A model generated the notes under the pieces. That model did not search any database, was not told the DNA's origin, and worked only from the letters and a program-made list of their open reading frames with translations. Of a stretch of 49,700 nt of DNA, positions 39,028 to 49,700 are shown piece by piece. Made by a program: the position numbers and the translations under genes. Positions within the stretch are counted from its first letter, which is position 1. Every line of letters begins with the position of its first letter. The DNA is from Polyangiales bacterium (GTDB lineage Bacteria; Myxococcota_A; Polyangia; Polyangiales; Polyangiaceae), in assembly GCA_038230375.1 (NCBI GenBank), contig JBBRNJ010000065.1:1-49700 (forward strand), written 5' to 3'.

Positions 39028-40412
39028 TTCTTTGCCCCCAGGAACGTGAGCGTCATCACGAGCTCGTCCGGCGGATTCGACCCTGTCCGGATGGCCTTCA
39101 CCTTCACGGGCACATCACCTTTGTACGTGTCCGTTGGCATCGCGAGGAAGACGGGGACGTGGACGTCGCCCAGGCTCGGAACCTCCGCATGCTGCACCGG
39201 GATCATCGCGGTCACGTTCGGCGGCCCCTCGATGCTGAAGTCGAACGCCGCGGCCTCCCCGCGCTTGTTGACCACGTGTACGTCCACAGCATTGCGGATC
39301 TCGCCGTTCTGCACGGTGTACGGCGCGCCCTGCAGCCGTCGCACGCTCATCTCGAAGTCGGTGCGCTTGCGGATAGAGATCGTGAGCACCGTCACGCCCA
39401 CGAGCATCATGACCGTGTAGAGGTAGAGGCGTGGACGCAGCACGCGCTTCGGCTTCTTCGCCAGGCCGTTCTGCGAGTCGTAGCGAATGAGGCCGCGCGG
39501 CCTCTTCAGTCGGTCCATCACGTCGTCGCACGCGTCGATGCACGCCGTGCATGCCACGCAGTCCAGTTGCAGTCCGTTGCGGATGTCGATGCCGGTGGGG
39601 CACACGACAACGCAGCGGTTGCAGTCGACGCAGTCACCGGTCGTGGAGCCTTTCTTGCCGCGCGGCTCTCCGCGCTTCTCGTCGTAGCCCACGATGAGCG
39701 AGTCGTCGTCCAGCAGGACGGACTGCATGCGCCCGTAGGGACAGAGCACGACGCACATCTGCTCGCGGAACCAGACGAAGTTGCCATAGAGCGCCGCGGT
39801 GATGAACACGACCCAGCCGAACGCCTCCGGGTGGTCCAGCGGGCTCTTGTGCACCATGGCCCACGCCTTCGGGATGGACACGAAGTACGAGAGGACGATG
39901 TGCGCGACGCCGAGCGCGAGTACGACGAATGCGGCGTGCTTCAGGATCGTCCGGAGCGCGATCTTGATGCCGTGACCGGTCCTCTCGTCGCGCAGTCGGC
40001 TCTCGCGCGAGCCCTCGATCAGACGCTCAACGCGGCGAAATACGCCTTCCAGGAAGACCGTCTGCGGACACGCCCAGCCGCACCACGCGCGGCCGAGCAG
40101 CGCCGTCACATAGACCAGAGAGAATGCCGTGCCGCTCACCAGGAAGAAGACGAGCCACGCGTCCTGCTCGTTGAACGTGAGCCCGAACAGGAAGAACCGA
40201 CGGGCCTCCACGTCGAGCAAGATGGCCGGCGCACCATTCACCTTGATGCATGGAAGGGCGATCCAGAGCCCGATCAGGAGCGCGAACACCAGCGTGCGCC
40301 ACCGCGCGAAGCGGCCGCTCACGTCCGCTGGCATGATCCGTCGACGGTGCCCCTCCGCGTCGATCGATCCCGTCGCGCTGGACACGACGGGGAGGTGCAC
40401 CTTGTCACTCAT
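39024..40412 (-). CDS. ccoG: cbb3 oxidase accessory polyferredoxin CcoG/FixG
   Basis: CGWACPQTVF, CPYGR, CVDCNRCVVVCPTGIDIR and CVACTACIDAC motifs. Confidence 0.95.
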   Translation of the reverse strand: MSDKVHLPVVSSATGSIDAEGHRRRIMPADVSGRFARWRTLVFALLIGLWIALPCIKVNGAPAILLDVEARRFFLFGLTFNEQDAWLVFFLVSGTAFSLVYVTALLGRAWCGWACPQTVFLEGVFRRVERLIEGSRESRLRDERTGHGIKIALRTILKHAAFVVLALGVAHIVLSYFVSIPKAWAMVHKSPLDHPEAFGWVVFITAALYGNFVWFREQMCVVLCPYGRMQSVLLDDDSLIVGYDEKRGEPRGKKGSTTGDCVDCNRCVVVCPTGIDIRNGLQLDCVACTACIDACDDVMDRLKRPRGLIRYDSQNGLAKKPKRVLRPRLYLYTVMMLVGVTVLTISIRKRTDFEMSVRRLQGAPYTVQNGEIRNAVDVHVVNKRGEAAAFDFSIEGPPNVTAMIPVQHAEVPSLGDVHVPVFLAMPTDTYKGDVPVKVKAIRTGSNPPDELVMTLTFLGAKK

Positions 40413-40419
40413 CTTCGAC

Positions 40420-41019
40420 TCACATTTCCTTTTCGCCCTGCGGCGGCTTTCCGCCCGGCACGTTCGTGCCCTTGATCGTCAGCACGTAGGCCGTTGCGGC
40501 CGCGACCTTCTCCTCGCCGAGCTGCGGTCCCCACGCGGGCATTCCCTTCGCCGCTACGCCGTCGTGGACGGACGCGTAGATGTTCTGGGGCCTGCCGCCG
40601 TGAATCCACGCGTCGTCGGTGAGGTTCGGGCCAATGTTGCCGCCGCCGTCCGCGCGGTGGCAGGCGGCGCAGGTGCTGACGAACACCTGCTTGCCTTGCT
40701 CCACGGCGCCCGGCGTCTTCGAGAGCGCGATGAGGGCCTCCGGCGGAAGCGTCCCGCCGTTTCTCTTCGCCTGCTCGATGCGCACGGAGATCATCTCCTG
40801 CTGGAACACGACGTCCTGCGCCGCGAACGCACCGAGCTGGTGCTCCGCGAACCAGTAGACCGCCGCGAAGACGACGGCGCCGTAGAGCGTGTACTGCCAC
40901 CAGAGCGGCAGAACGTTGTCCTCCTCGACGAGATCGTCGTCGTAGACGTGAACCTCCGCATCGTCCTGCTGCGCTCCAGATGCGCGCGCCCCATGTCTGT
41001 CGCTCTTGTCGTCACTCAT
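40420..41019 (-). CDS. ccoP: cbb3 oxidase subunit III (monoheme CcoP)
   Basis: H.YD..EEDN.LP.WW N-terminus, single CAACH, GPNLTD..WIHGG and GMPAW. Confidence 0.9.
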   Translation of the reverse strand: MSDDKSDRHGARASGAQQDDAEVHVYDDDLVEEDNVLPLWWQYTLYGAVVFAAVYWFAEHQLGAFAAQDVVFQQEMISVRIEQAKRNGGTLPPEALIALSKTPGAVEQGKQVFVSTCAACHRADGGGNIGPNLTDDAWIHGGRPQNIYASVHDGVAAKGMPAWGPQLGEEKVAAATAYVLTIKGTNVPGGKPPQGEKEM

Positions 41020-41206
41020 GGCGCGTCTCCTGGGAGAGGGGCTCGGGCATCGCGTCAGAGAGCGGCAGCGCGGCGATCGGGTCGTAGGCGCTCGCTCGCT
41101 TGCTCATCGTCCGGATGAGCACTGCGATGAAGACCGCCAGGAACACGAACATCGCCACGATGGGCAGAAGGAGGAGCGGGCTGTGGGAAAAGAGCTCTCG
41201 TTGCAT
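41012..41206 (-). CDS. ccoQ: CcoQ/FixQ-like small subunit
   Basis: 64 aa, one TM, ALPL tail, located between ccoO and ccoP. Confidence 0.7.
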   Translation of the reverse strand: MQRELFSHSPLLLLPIVAMFVFLAVFIAVLIRTMSKRASAYDPIAALPLSDAMPEPLSQETRHE

Positions 41207-41223
41207 GAACTGGTTTCTCCTTC

Positions 41224-43587
41224 TCAGGGCGCCATCGACAGGTTGGTGGCAGGCTTTGGCGGCGGTGAGGCGACCCCGATCCGCTGCACGTACGCGATGA
41301 GGGCGATCATGTCGGAGTCGGCCGGAACGTCGGAGCCGGACTCCTTCAAGTCCTTGGCGATGTCATTCGCCTGGGCCTTCGCTTCCTCCGCCGCCGTGGA
41401 CACGTCCTTGTCCGTGTAAGGCACGCCGATCGACTTCATGGCGTGGACCCTGTCCGCCGTCTTCGTGAAGTCGAGCTTCCAGTCTGCCAGGAACGCGTAC
41501 GGCGGCATGTTCGAGCCAGGCGAGATGCTGCGCGGATCAGCGAAGTGCTTCGCGTGCCAGAGGTTCGGGTACTTGCCGCCTTCGCGCGCAAGGTCCGGTC
41601 CGGTACGCTTCGAGCCCCACTGGAACGGGTGATCGAACTGCGACTCGCCCAGCGTGGAGGGCTCGCCGTAGCGCGCCTGCTCCCAGCGGAACGGGCGGAT
41701 CATCTGCGAGTGGCAGTTGTAGCAACCCTCGCGGATGTAGACGTCGCGTCCCTCCAGCTCCAGCGGTCTGTACGGATGCTGCGCCGAGTTGCTCGAGTCC
41801 GCCGCGACCAGCAGCGTGGGTACGAGCTCCGCGATGCCGCCGATGAGCACGGCGATCACCGTGAGTACCGTGAAGAGCAGCGCGCGACCTTCGAGCAAGC
41901 GGTGCCACGCGTGCGGCCGCTGCGCTCCGTGCTCGCCAACGGAGGACTTCTGACCCGCGGAGATCGCCACCCCGCCCAGGATGCCGACCGTTGCGCCGAC
42001 CAGCGCGAAGAATGGGCTCGCGAACATGTTCGTCACCAGGAACAGGCCCGCGAGCACGGAGACCGCGACCGCGACGAGGACCGGCCTGCCGAAGATGATC
42101 GCGCCCCACGGCACGGCGTTCTTCTCGGGGGTCGCGATGACGACCTCCGTGGTGCCATTCACGGCCTTGCCGGAGCGAGCCGTCACGACCAGGTTCCACG
42201 CCATCAGGACCATGCCGACGAAGTACGAGAGACCGCCGATGAGGCGCATCCAGTACATCGGACGGATCGCGTCGAGCGTCTCGACGAAGTTCGGGTACTG
42301 CAAGGCACCGTCGGGCGTGACCGCGCGCCACATGAGGCCCTGCGTGATGCCGGCCGTCCACATCGACGTCATGTAGAGGATGATGCCAAAAGTGCCGAGA
42401 TAGAAGTGCGTGTTCGCCGCGCGCACGGAGTGGAGCTTCGTGCCGAAGAGGCGGGGAATTGCCCAGTAGAACATGCCGGCAGCCATGAAGCCGTTCCAGC
42501 CGAGCGCGCCGCCATGCACGTGGCCGACGATCCAATCCGTGTAGTGTGCAAGTCCGCTCACGCTCTTGATGGAGAGCAGCGGTCCCTCGAACGTGGCCAT
42601 GCCGTAGAACGTGATGCCGGCGGCGAAGAACTTCAGGACCGGGTCCTGCCGGACCTTGGACCAGCCGCCACGAAGCGTCAGTAGGCCGTTGAGCATGCCG
42701 CCCCAGCTGGGTGCCCAGAGCATGACAGAGAAGAGCATACCGAGCGACTGCGCCCACTCGGGCAGCGCGGTGTTCAGGAGGTGGTGGGGGCCCGCCCAGA
42801 TGTAGACGAAGACCAGCGCCCAGAAGTGGATGATGCTCAGGCGGTAGCTGTAGACGGGCCGCTCCGCCGCCTTCGGCAAGAAGTAGTACATGATGCCGAG
42901 CACGGGCGTGGTGAGGAAGAACGCGACCGCGTTGTGGCCGTACCACCACTGCACCAGCGCGTCCTTCGCGCCGCCGAAGATGGAGTAGCTCTTCAGGCCG
43001 AAGACCGGGATGGCGAGCGAGTTGACGATGTGGAGCACGGCCACCGTGACGATGGTCGCGATGTAGAACCAGATCGCCACGTAGATGTGCTTCTCGTTGC
43101 GCTTCGCCAGCGTCCAGAAGAAGTTGATGGCGAAGACGACCCAGATGACCGCGATCGAGATGTCGATCGGCCACTCGAGCTCGGCGTACTCCTTGGCCTG
43201 CGTGAAGCCCAACGGCAGCGTGATCGCCGCGGCCACGATGATCAGCTGCCAGCCCCAGAAATGGATCTTCGAGAGCATGTCGCTCGCCATGCGCGCCTTC
43301 AGGAGGCGCTGCGTGGAGTAGTAGATGCCGCCGAAGACCATGTTGCCGACGAACGCGAAGATCACCGCGTTGGTGTGCAGCGGACGGATGCGCCCGAACG
43401 CCAGGTGCGGGTCGACGTTTGCCTGCCAGAACGCGAGCTGTAGCGCCGCGATGATGCCCACCAGCATGCCCACGAGCCCCCACCCCACGGAGGCAAACAT
43501 GAAGTAACGGACGACCGAGTCGTTGTACTCGATCGTCTCCTTCTTGAACGTGACCTTGGCCCCGCTCGCTGCGAGAGCTTCACTCAT
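41224..43587 (-). CDS. ccoN: cbb3 cytochrome c oxidase fused subunits I/II (CcoNO)
   Basis: RPLHTNAVIF, KEYAE, WWYGHN, GPHHL and HVH, then CcoO YIREGCYNCHSQMIRP, WGSKRTGPDL and SNMP. Confidence 0.97.
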   Translation of the reverse strand: MSEALAASGAKVTFKKETIEYNDSVVRYFMFASVGWGLVGMLVGIIAALQLAFWQANVDPHLAFGRIRPLHTNAVIFAFVGNMVFGGIYYSTQRLLKARMASDMLSKIHFWGWQLIIVAAAITLPLGFTQAKEYAELEWPIDISIAVIWVVFAINFFWTLAKRNEKHIYVAIWFYIATIVTVAVLHIVNSLAIPVFGLKSYSIFGGAKDALVQWWYGHNAVAFFLTTPVLGIMYYFLPKAAERPVYSYRLSIIHFWALVFVYIWAGPHHLLNTALPEWAQSLGMLFSVMLWAPSWGGMLNGLLTLRGGWSKVRQDPVLKFFAAGITFYGMATFEGPLLSIKSVSGLAHYTDWIVGHVHGGALGWNGFMAAGMFYWAIPRLFGTKLHSVRAANTHFYLGTFGIILYMTSMWTAGITQGLMWRAVTPDGALQYPNFVETLDAIRPMYWMRLIGGLSYFVGMVLMAWNLVVTARSGKAVNGTTEVVIATPEKNAVPWGAIIFGRPVLVAVAVSVLAGLFLVTNMFASPFFALVGATVGILGGVAISAGQKSSVGEHGAQRPHAWHRLLEGRALLFTVLTVIAVLIGGIAELVPTLLVAADSSNSAQHPYRPLELEGRDVYIREGCYNCHSQMIRPFRWEQARYGEPSTLGESQFDHPFQWGSKRTGPDLAREGGKYPNLWHAKHFADPRSISPGSNMPPYAFLADWKLDFTKTADRVHAMKSIGVPYTDKDVSTAAEEAKAQANDIAKDLKESGSDVPADSDMIALIAYVQRIGVASPPPKPATNLSMAP

Positions 43588-43732
43588 CGGAGTTCTCCTC
43601 CTTCTCCAGAGGGAGCAGCGCGAGGCGGTCGGCGTGATCGAAATCGCGCTGTCGCCACGTGAACAGGAACAGGATGATCGAGCCGATGACGAGCATCAGG
43701 CTCACGAACACTTGCAAGGTCAGGACCTCCAC
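43580..43732 (-). CDS. ccoS: cbb3 maturation protein CcoS/FixS (50 aa)
   Basis: Read by hand: GTG 43732, MEVLTLQVFVSLMLVIGSIILFLFTWRQRDFDHADRLALLPLEKEENSDE*. Overlaps both the ccoI stop and the ccoN start. Below the ORF-track cutoff. Confidence 0.85.
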   Translation of the reverse strand: MEVLTLQVFVSLMLVIGSIILFLFTWRQRDFDHADRLALLPLEKEENSDE

Positions 43733-46113
43733 AGCGGGCTCCTTTTCGACAGAGAAAACGTGGTTGCGAGGATGGTCGTGATGGAGCTTGCCGGCATGAA
43801 GACCGCGCAGAGCAGAGGGGACATGACGCCCGCGTAGGCAAGCGTGAGGGCGACGATGTTGTAGGTGACGGCCATGCCCAGGTTGCGGCGTCGCACGCTT
43901 GCGAGCTTCCTGGCTGCGAGCAGCGCCAGGCGAACGGGTCGAAGGCCGGGCGTCGTGAAGTAGAAGTCGGAGCGTGCCGCCATGAACGGGCGGTCGACAG
44001 TGGGCGTGCCGCTCGTGAAGGCAGTGGCCACTGCCGCCGAGTCGTTGATGCCGTCGCCGATCATGAGGAGGTCCTGGTGGTCACGCCTGGCGATGAACTC
44101 CGCCTTGCCCTCCGTAGAGACGTCGCCGGTCGCGTGGTCCCTCGCGATGCCGGAGATCTGTGCGACCTCCTGCGTGCGTTCGTCTGCGTCGCCGGAGAGC
44201 AGCCACACGTCGAACCCCGCCTTGCCCAGGGCCAAGACCTCGGCGCGCGCATCGGGGCGCAGCCGCTCGTCGGTCGACGCGGTGCAGAGCACCTTCCCGT
44301 CCTTCGCGAACGCCACGTCGCCTGGGCCGATCTTCTCGGCGCTCACCCAGCTTGGTGAGCCAAAGCGGTAGTCGTGTCCAAAGGCAGTTGCATGTAGACC
44401 GCACGCAGCCTCTTCCAGGACGTCCGTCATGCCAGGGACGCGCCGTGCATCCAGGGCTGACAGCGCCTGCTCCACCGCAGTGCTCTTCGGATGGCTGCTC
44501 TGCGAGACCATCGTGTAGAGCACGTTGCGTTCGTGCGGCGGCAAGGAAGAGAGCGTGCTCGGCTCGCGTACCGTCAGCGCGCCGTTCGTCAGCGTGCCGG
44601 TCTTGTCGAACACCACGGTCCGGACGCGCGCGGCGCGATCCAGGAAGCCCGCGGACCGCACGAACAGGCCAGCTCGTCGAAGACCAGCTTGCACCAGGTC
44701 GTAGCCAATGGGCGTCGCGATGCCGAACGCGCACGGGCACGTCACCACCAGAACGGCGGTGGTGACCTCCACGGCGCGCGTCAGGTCGTGCGTGACAAGG
44801 AGCCAGCCCACGAATCCAGCGCTCGCCGCGAGCAGCACCGCGACCACGTAGAACCTGGTCACCATGGCCCACCAGGGCGCGCTCATCGCGGCGTCCATAT
44901 CGCGCACAACGGGCGTTCGCAGCAGATCGGTGAGTGGCGAGGCGTCGAACGCCGTCTGCGCGTGCACCGTGACGGCGGCCTTGCTCTGGAGGAACGCGCC
45001 GGCGGGCACCACGTCGCCGAACGCGAAGGCGCGCGCACGGCTCTCTCCGTTGATCCAGTCGAGCGAGAAGCTGGCGCCCTCCTTTGCCAGGAGCAGCGCA
45101 TCGATCGGCAGCAGATCGCCAGAGGAGATCGAGAGCTCATCGCCCTCTTCGATGCTCACGCAGGCCACGGTGAGCACGCCGGATCGTGTGACCTTGCGCG
45201 TGAGCAGCCCGTCCACGCCGTCGTTGTCGAGCAGTGCCTGGCGGTTCTTCTCCAGCACGCGCTCCTGGAGGAAGCGGCCCACCAGCATGAGCGCGATGAA
45301 CACATCCAGGGTGTCGATGTAGACGCCGCCGCCGCGTCCCTGAAAGAAGGAGACGAGCGAGCCGCCGAACGCGAGCACCACGCCGAGCGCGATGGGCAGG
45401 TCCAGATGGAGCACACCGCGCCGCAGTCCCAGCCATGCCGACCTGATGAACACGGTGCCGCCGACCGCCATGCTCACGCACGAGATGCCTAGATTCAGCT
45501 TCTGGAAGAGGTCGTAGGTGGGACCGGACGAGAGACCTGCATACTGTGCGACGCCGAAGACCATGGCGTTCATCGCGAGCACGATGCACACGCCCATGCG
45601 CCAGACGAGCGCGTTGCCGCGTGACTCCGGCTGCTTGCGCGGCGGTCCGAACAGGTAGCCGAATTTCTGGATCTCCTGGACGAAGCCCGAAAGATCGAAG
45701 GCCGGCTCCACGATCATGTTCGCGCGGCCGAGCGTCGGGTTGACCGAGATGCCGAGCGCTCCTTCGTGGCGCGCGAAGAGCGTGTCGATGAGCCAGACGC
45801 ACGCGCTGCAGTGGAGCCCCTGCACGTCCAGGTCGACGCGGCACGGGCCCGGCTCTGCCCTCTGGCGCGCGGAGATCGACTCCAGCCATTTCATGTCACG
45901 ACGTCCGGGGTGCGTCTCCGCCACGGGCACACCCACGTCGCCGCGAAGCGCGTAGTAGCGTTCCAGATGCGCCTCGGCGAGGAGCGCCGCGACGGCCCCG
46001 CACCCTCTGCAGCAGTACGGAGCGAACGCCACGTCGTCGAGTTCGTTGCCGCAGTGCGAGCAAACGGCGTCGGTCCTTGCGAGCGCAGTCCTGTTCAATG
46101 CAGCCGCAGCCAT
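43720..46113 (-). CDS. ccoI: Cu-transporting P1B ATPase CcoI/FixI
   Basis: CSHC..CCRGC, HMA CSAC, CPC, DKTGT, HP, GDGIND, YN and MxxSS motifs. Confidence 0.93.
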   Translation of the reverse strand: MAAAALNRTALARTDAVCSHCGNELDDVAFAPYCCRGCGAVAALLAEAHLERYYALRGDVGVPVAETHPGRRDMKWLESISARQRAEPGPCRVDLDVQGLHCSACVWLIDTLFARHEGALGISVNPTLGRANMIVEPAFDLSGFVQEIQKFGYLFGPPRKQPESRGNALVWRMGVCIVLAMNAMVFGVAQYAGLSSGPTYDLFQKLNLGISCVSMAVGGTVFIRSAWLGLRRGVLHLDLPIALGVVLAFGGSLVSFFQGRGGGVYIDTLDVFIALMLVGRFLQERVLEKNRQALLDNDGVDGLLTRKVTRSGVLTVACVSIEEGDELSISSGDLLPIDALLLAKEGASFSLDWINGESRARAFAFGDVVPAGAFLQSKAAVTVHAQTAFDASPLTDLLRTPVVRDMDAAMSAPWWAMVTRFYVVAVLLAASAGFVGWLLVTHDLTRAVEVTTAVLVVTCPCAFGIATPIGYDLVQAGLRRAGLFVRSAGFLDRAARVRTVVFDKTGTLTNGALTVREPSTLSSLPPHERNVLYTMVSQSSHPKSTAVEQALSALDARRVPGMTDVLEEAACGLHATAFGHDYRFGSPSWVSAEKIGPGDVAFAKDGKVLCTASTDERLRPDARAEVLALGKAGFDVWLLSGDADERTQEVAQISGIARDHATGDVSTEGKAEFIARRDHQDLLMIGDGINDSAAVATAFTSGTPTVDRPFMAARSDFYFTTPGLRPVRLALLAARKLASVRRRNLGMAVTYNIVALTLAYAGVMSPLLCAVFMPASSITTILATTFSLSKRSPLWRS

Positions 46114-46129
46114 GACTTTCGGGCGTCAG

Positions 46130-46145
46130 TGCATGGTGCGTGCCT
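46130..46145 (-). promoter_or_regulatory. sigma54 -24/-12 promoter candidate for the cco cluster
   Basis: Minus strand AGGCACGCACCATGCA (GG-N10-GC) just upstream of ccoI. Confidence 0.55.
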
Positions 46146-46348
46146 CCTCGGAAATGCACAGCCGCCAATCAGGCCTACACCGGCCACGTGCAATTGCTGC
46201 GTCGGCATGCAACCGGTTCGCGCAAACTCCTTCCCGCTCGGCTCGCACCCGCGCGTCTGCACACGTGATGCGCTTCGGCAGCGCACCGAACGTGGCTGGC
46301 CGGGTCCTTGCTTCGAACCCTCCGACCGCTGCGTCGGCGTAAAAATCG

Positions 46349-46774
46349 ATGTTGAAGAGCCCTCCTTCCCAGTCACCTCCCATCAGCCAGCGCGGGCCGC
46401 TTGTCCTGATCGTGGATGACGACGCGCGTTCCACTCGCCTCATCGCGCAGATGCTCCGCGAGGACGGCTTCAACGTGGAGGTGGTGCTCGACGGCGCTCG
46501 TGCGATCGCGCGGCTGACACGTGCACCGCTGCCCGACGTGCTCGTGACTGACCTCAGCATGCCCCACGCGGATGGGAACAGCGTCACCATGTTTGCGCGC
46601 TCGCAGAAGCCTGGGCTGCCCGTGATCTTCGTCACTGGCTATCCGCACCTTGCAACGTCTCTTGCGGGGGAGCCAAGACCGACGTTGTTCACGAAGCCCG
46701 TCAACTACGCGGAGCTCTTGACTGCGCTGCTCCGCGTTCTTCCACCGGACCGGCGTCCAGAGTGCCGGCCCTGA
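46349..46774 (+). CDS. Single-domain response regulator
   Basis: LIVDDD, VTDLSMP, FVTG and FTKP motifs. Confidence 0.88.
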   Translation: MLKSPPSQSPPISQRGPLVLIVDDDARSTRLIAQMLREDGFNVEVVLDGARAIARLTRAPLPDVLVTDLSMPHADGNSVTMFARSQKPGLPVIFVTGYPHLATSLAGEPRPTLFTKPVNYAELLTALLRVLPPDRRPECRP

Positions 46775-48362
46775 TTCCGCGCGTCCCCGAATCGATGTGG
46801 GACGAGCTGAAGCGATATGTGCGCTTCACGCCGGCCGACGCCGAGCTTTGCGCCGCGTTCGGCAAGCTGGCTGCCCCGGAGTTTTCGCGCATCTCGCAGG
46901 AGTTCTACGATCGCATTCGTGAGCACGAGGGCGCGCATGCGGTGCTCACGGGCGAAGAGCAGGTGGCGCGCCTGCAGCGATCACTCGTGCGATGGATGGA
47001 GCGCGCGTGCGGTGGTGTCTACGACGAGAGCTACTTCGAGGAGCATTCGAAGATCGGGCGCATGCATGTGAAGATCGGGCTCTCGCCTCGCTACATGCTC
47101 ACGGCGATGGCGCTCATCCGGATCGAGCTCACGCGGGTCGCCGCGGAGCGCTGTCCGGAGCCGGCAAGAACCACGAATGCGCTCAATCGCCTGCTGGACC
47201 TGGAGGTCGCGATCATGTTCGAGACCTATCAGGAGGCCATGTCGGCGCGCATTCGCAATGCGGACCGGCTCAAGTCGGAGGACGATGGGCGTGCGCTGGC
47301 GCGGCTCGAACAGCTGTATGCGAACGCCGTGGAGCTCGCGCCAGTGCTGGTGCTGGGACTGGATCGGGCTGGCAACATTCGCCTCTGGAACCGCGAGGCC
47401 GAACGCGTCACCGGATACGCTCGCGACGAGATCCTCGGGCAGAGCTCCGACATCTTGCTGCCGGAGGACCTACGCGGGACCCTCGCCGCGCGTCTCACGT
47501 CGACCGTGGCCGGTCCGCAGGGCTCGGCCGAGAGCGAGCTGCTCACGCGCGCTGGCAAGGTCCGGCATGTGGTCTGGCATGCGGCGCACATGCAGGCGAA
47601 CGCAGAGGACGACGTCACGGTGTTCTTGATGGGCTCCGACGTGACGGACAGGAAGGCCATGGTCGAACGGACGCGGCAGGCGGAGAAGCTCGCGGCCGTC
47701 GGCACGCTGGCCGCGGGCCTTGCCCACGAGATCAGGAATCCGCTGAACGGCGCGCAGCTGCACGTTGCCTTTCTCGAGCGCGCCATCGTCAAGAAGGGCA
47801 GCGATGCGGGAATGCTGGAGGCGGTCAACGTCGTCAACGACGAGATCAAGCGCCTGGCGAATCTGGTGACGGACTTCCTGGACTTCGCACGGCCTCGACC
47901 GCTCACGCTTTTGGCCACGTCGCTCATTGCGCTGTTCGCGCGTGCACAGGCCATCGTCGCGCGCAATGCAGAGAAGGCGAATGTCCGGTTCACGTGCGAC
48001 CTGCCGTCGGCAGATGTGGAGTTCGCCGCGGACAGTCCGCGCCTCGAGCAGGTTTTGTTGAACCTTGTCGGGAACGCCATCGAGGCGCTCGAGCCCAGTG
48101 GTGGTGGCCACGTCACGCTGCGCGGTCGGCGCCAACCGCGTCATGTCGTCATCGAGATCGAGGACGATGGCCCGGGAATTCCGCAGGCGGCGCCGATCTA
48201 CGACGCGTTCTTTTCGACCAAGGAGGGTGGGACGGGCCTCGGCCTCGCGGTCACCCACCGCATCGTGACCGATCACAAGGGCACGATTGACGTGAATAGC
48301 AGACCGGGGCGAACGATATTCCGGGTGATACTCCCGCTGACCCAGACCGATGGAGCAGACTC

Positions 48363-48366
<4 letters not shown>
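46762..48366 (+). CDS. Globin-coupled (protoglobin) PAS histidine kinase
   Basis: Globin: ELKRYV, EFYDRI (B10 Tyr), [10 protein letters not shown] (F8 His). [23 protein letters not shown]. Kinase: [31 protein letters not shown]. Start GTG 46762 or ATG 46795. Confidence 0.92.

Positions 48367-49700
<1,334 letters not shown>

Noticed and set aside
43584..43841. 85-aa minus-strand ORF between ccoI and ccoN
   Set aside because: Wrong frame. The 43580-43732 frame gives the CcoS-like peptide.
46268..46286. TGCGC-N7-GCGCA inverted repeat as the activator binding site
   Set aside because: Short GC-rich arms arise readily by chance and cannot be supported without comparative data.

Overview
GC-rich bacterial chromosomal segment (about two-thirds GC by eye). 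Gene content points to a myxobacterium of the Polyangiales type (inference): many Cys-Ser-Ser lipoproteins, a Hanks-type Ser/Thr kinase, a sigma54 activator and fused ccoNO. About 44 CDSs are supportable. They include the 3' tip of a probable IS1595-family transposase at the left edge, a class V aminotransferase with bolA, an RpoD paralog, aat, a TetA-like pump coupled to an AAC(6')-like GNAT, an M49-like peptidase, a Ser/Thr kinase, an orphan GspE/PilB ATPase, GH44, an atypical prs, an S53 protease with a Cys-rich partner, glnS, GH105, a 1-Cys peroxiredoxin, a BVMO, and a cbb3 oxidase cluster (ccoI-S-NO-Q-P-G) divergent from a receiver / globin-PAS histidine kinase / sigma54 activator module. 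Most notable signals: (1) a polarised (GTCnnn)n hexamer repeat family found four times, each reading (ACYYCG)n on the sense strand of its host or flanking gene; (2) -10 boxes 6-9 nt before many start codons, suggesting widespread leaderless transcription; (3) a candidate FNR-independent, globin-sensed, sigma54-driven control of cbb3 oxidase. No rRNA, tRNA or CRISPR was seen. All family calls come from motifs recognised by eye, not from database searches.
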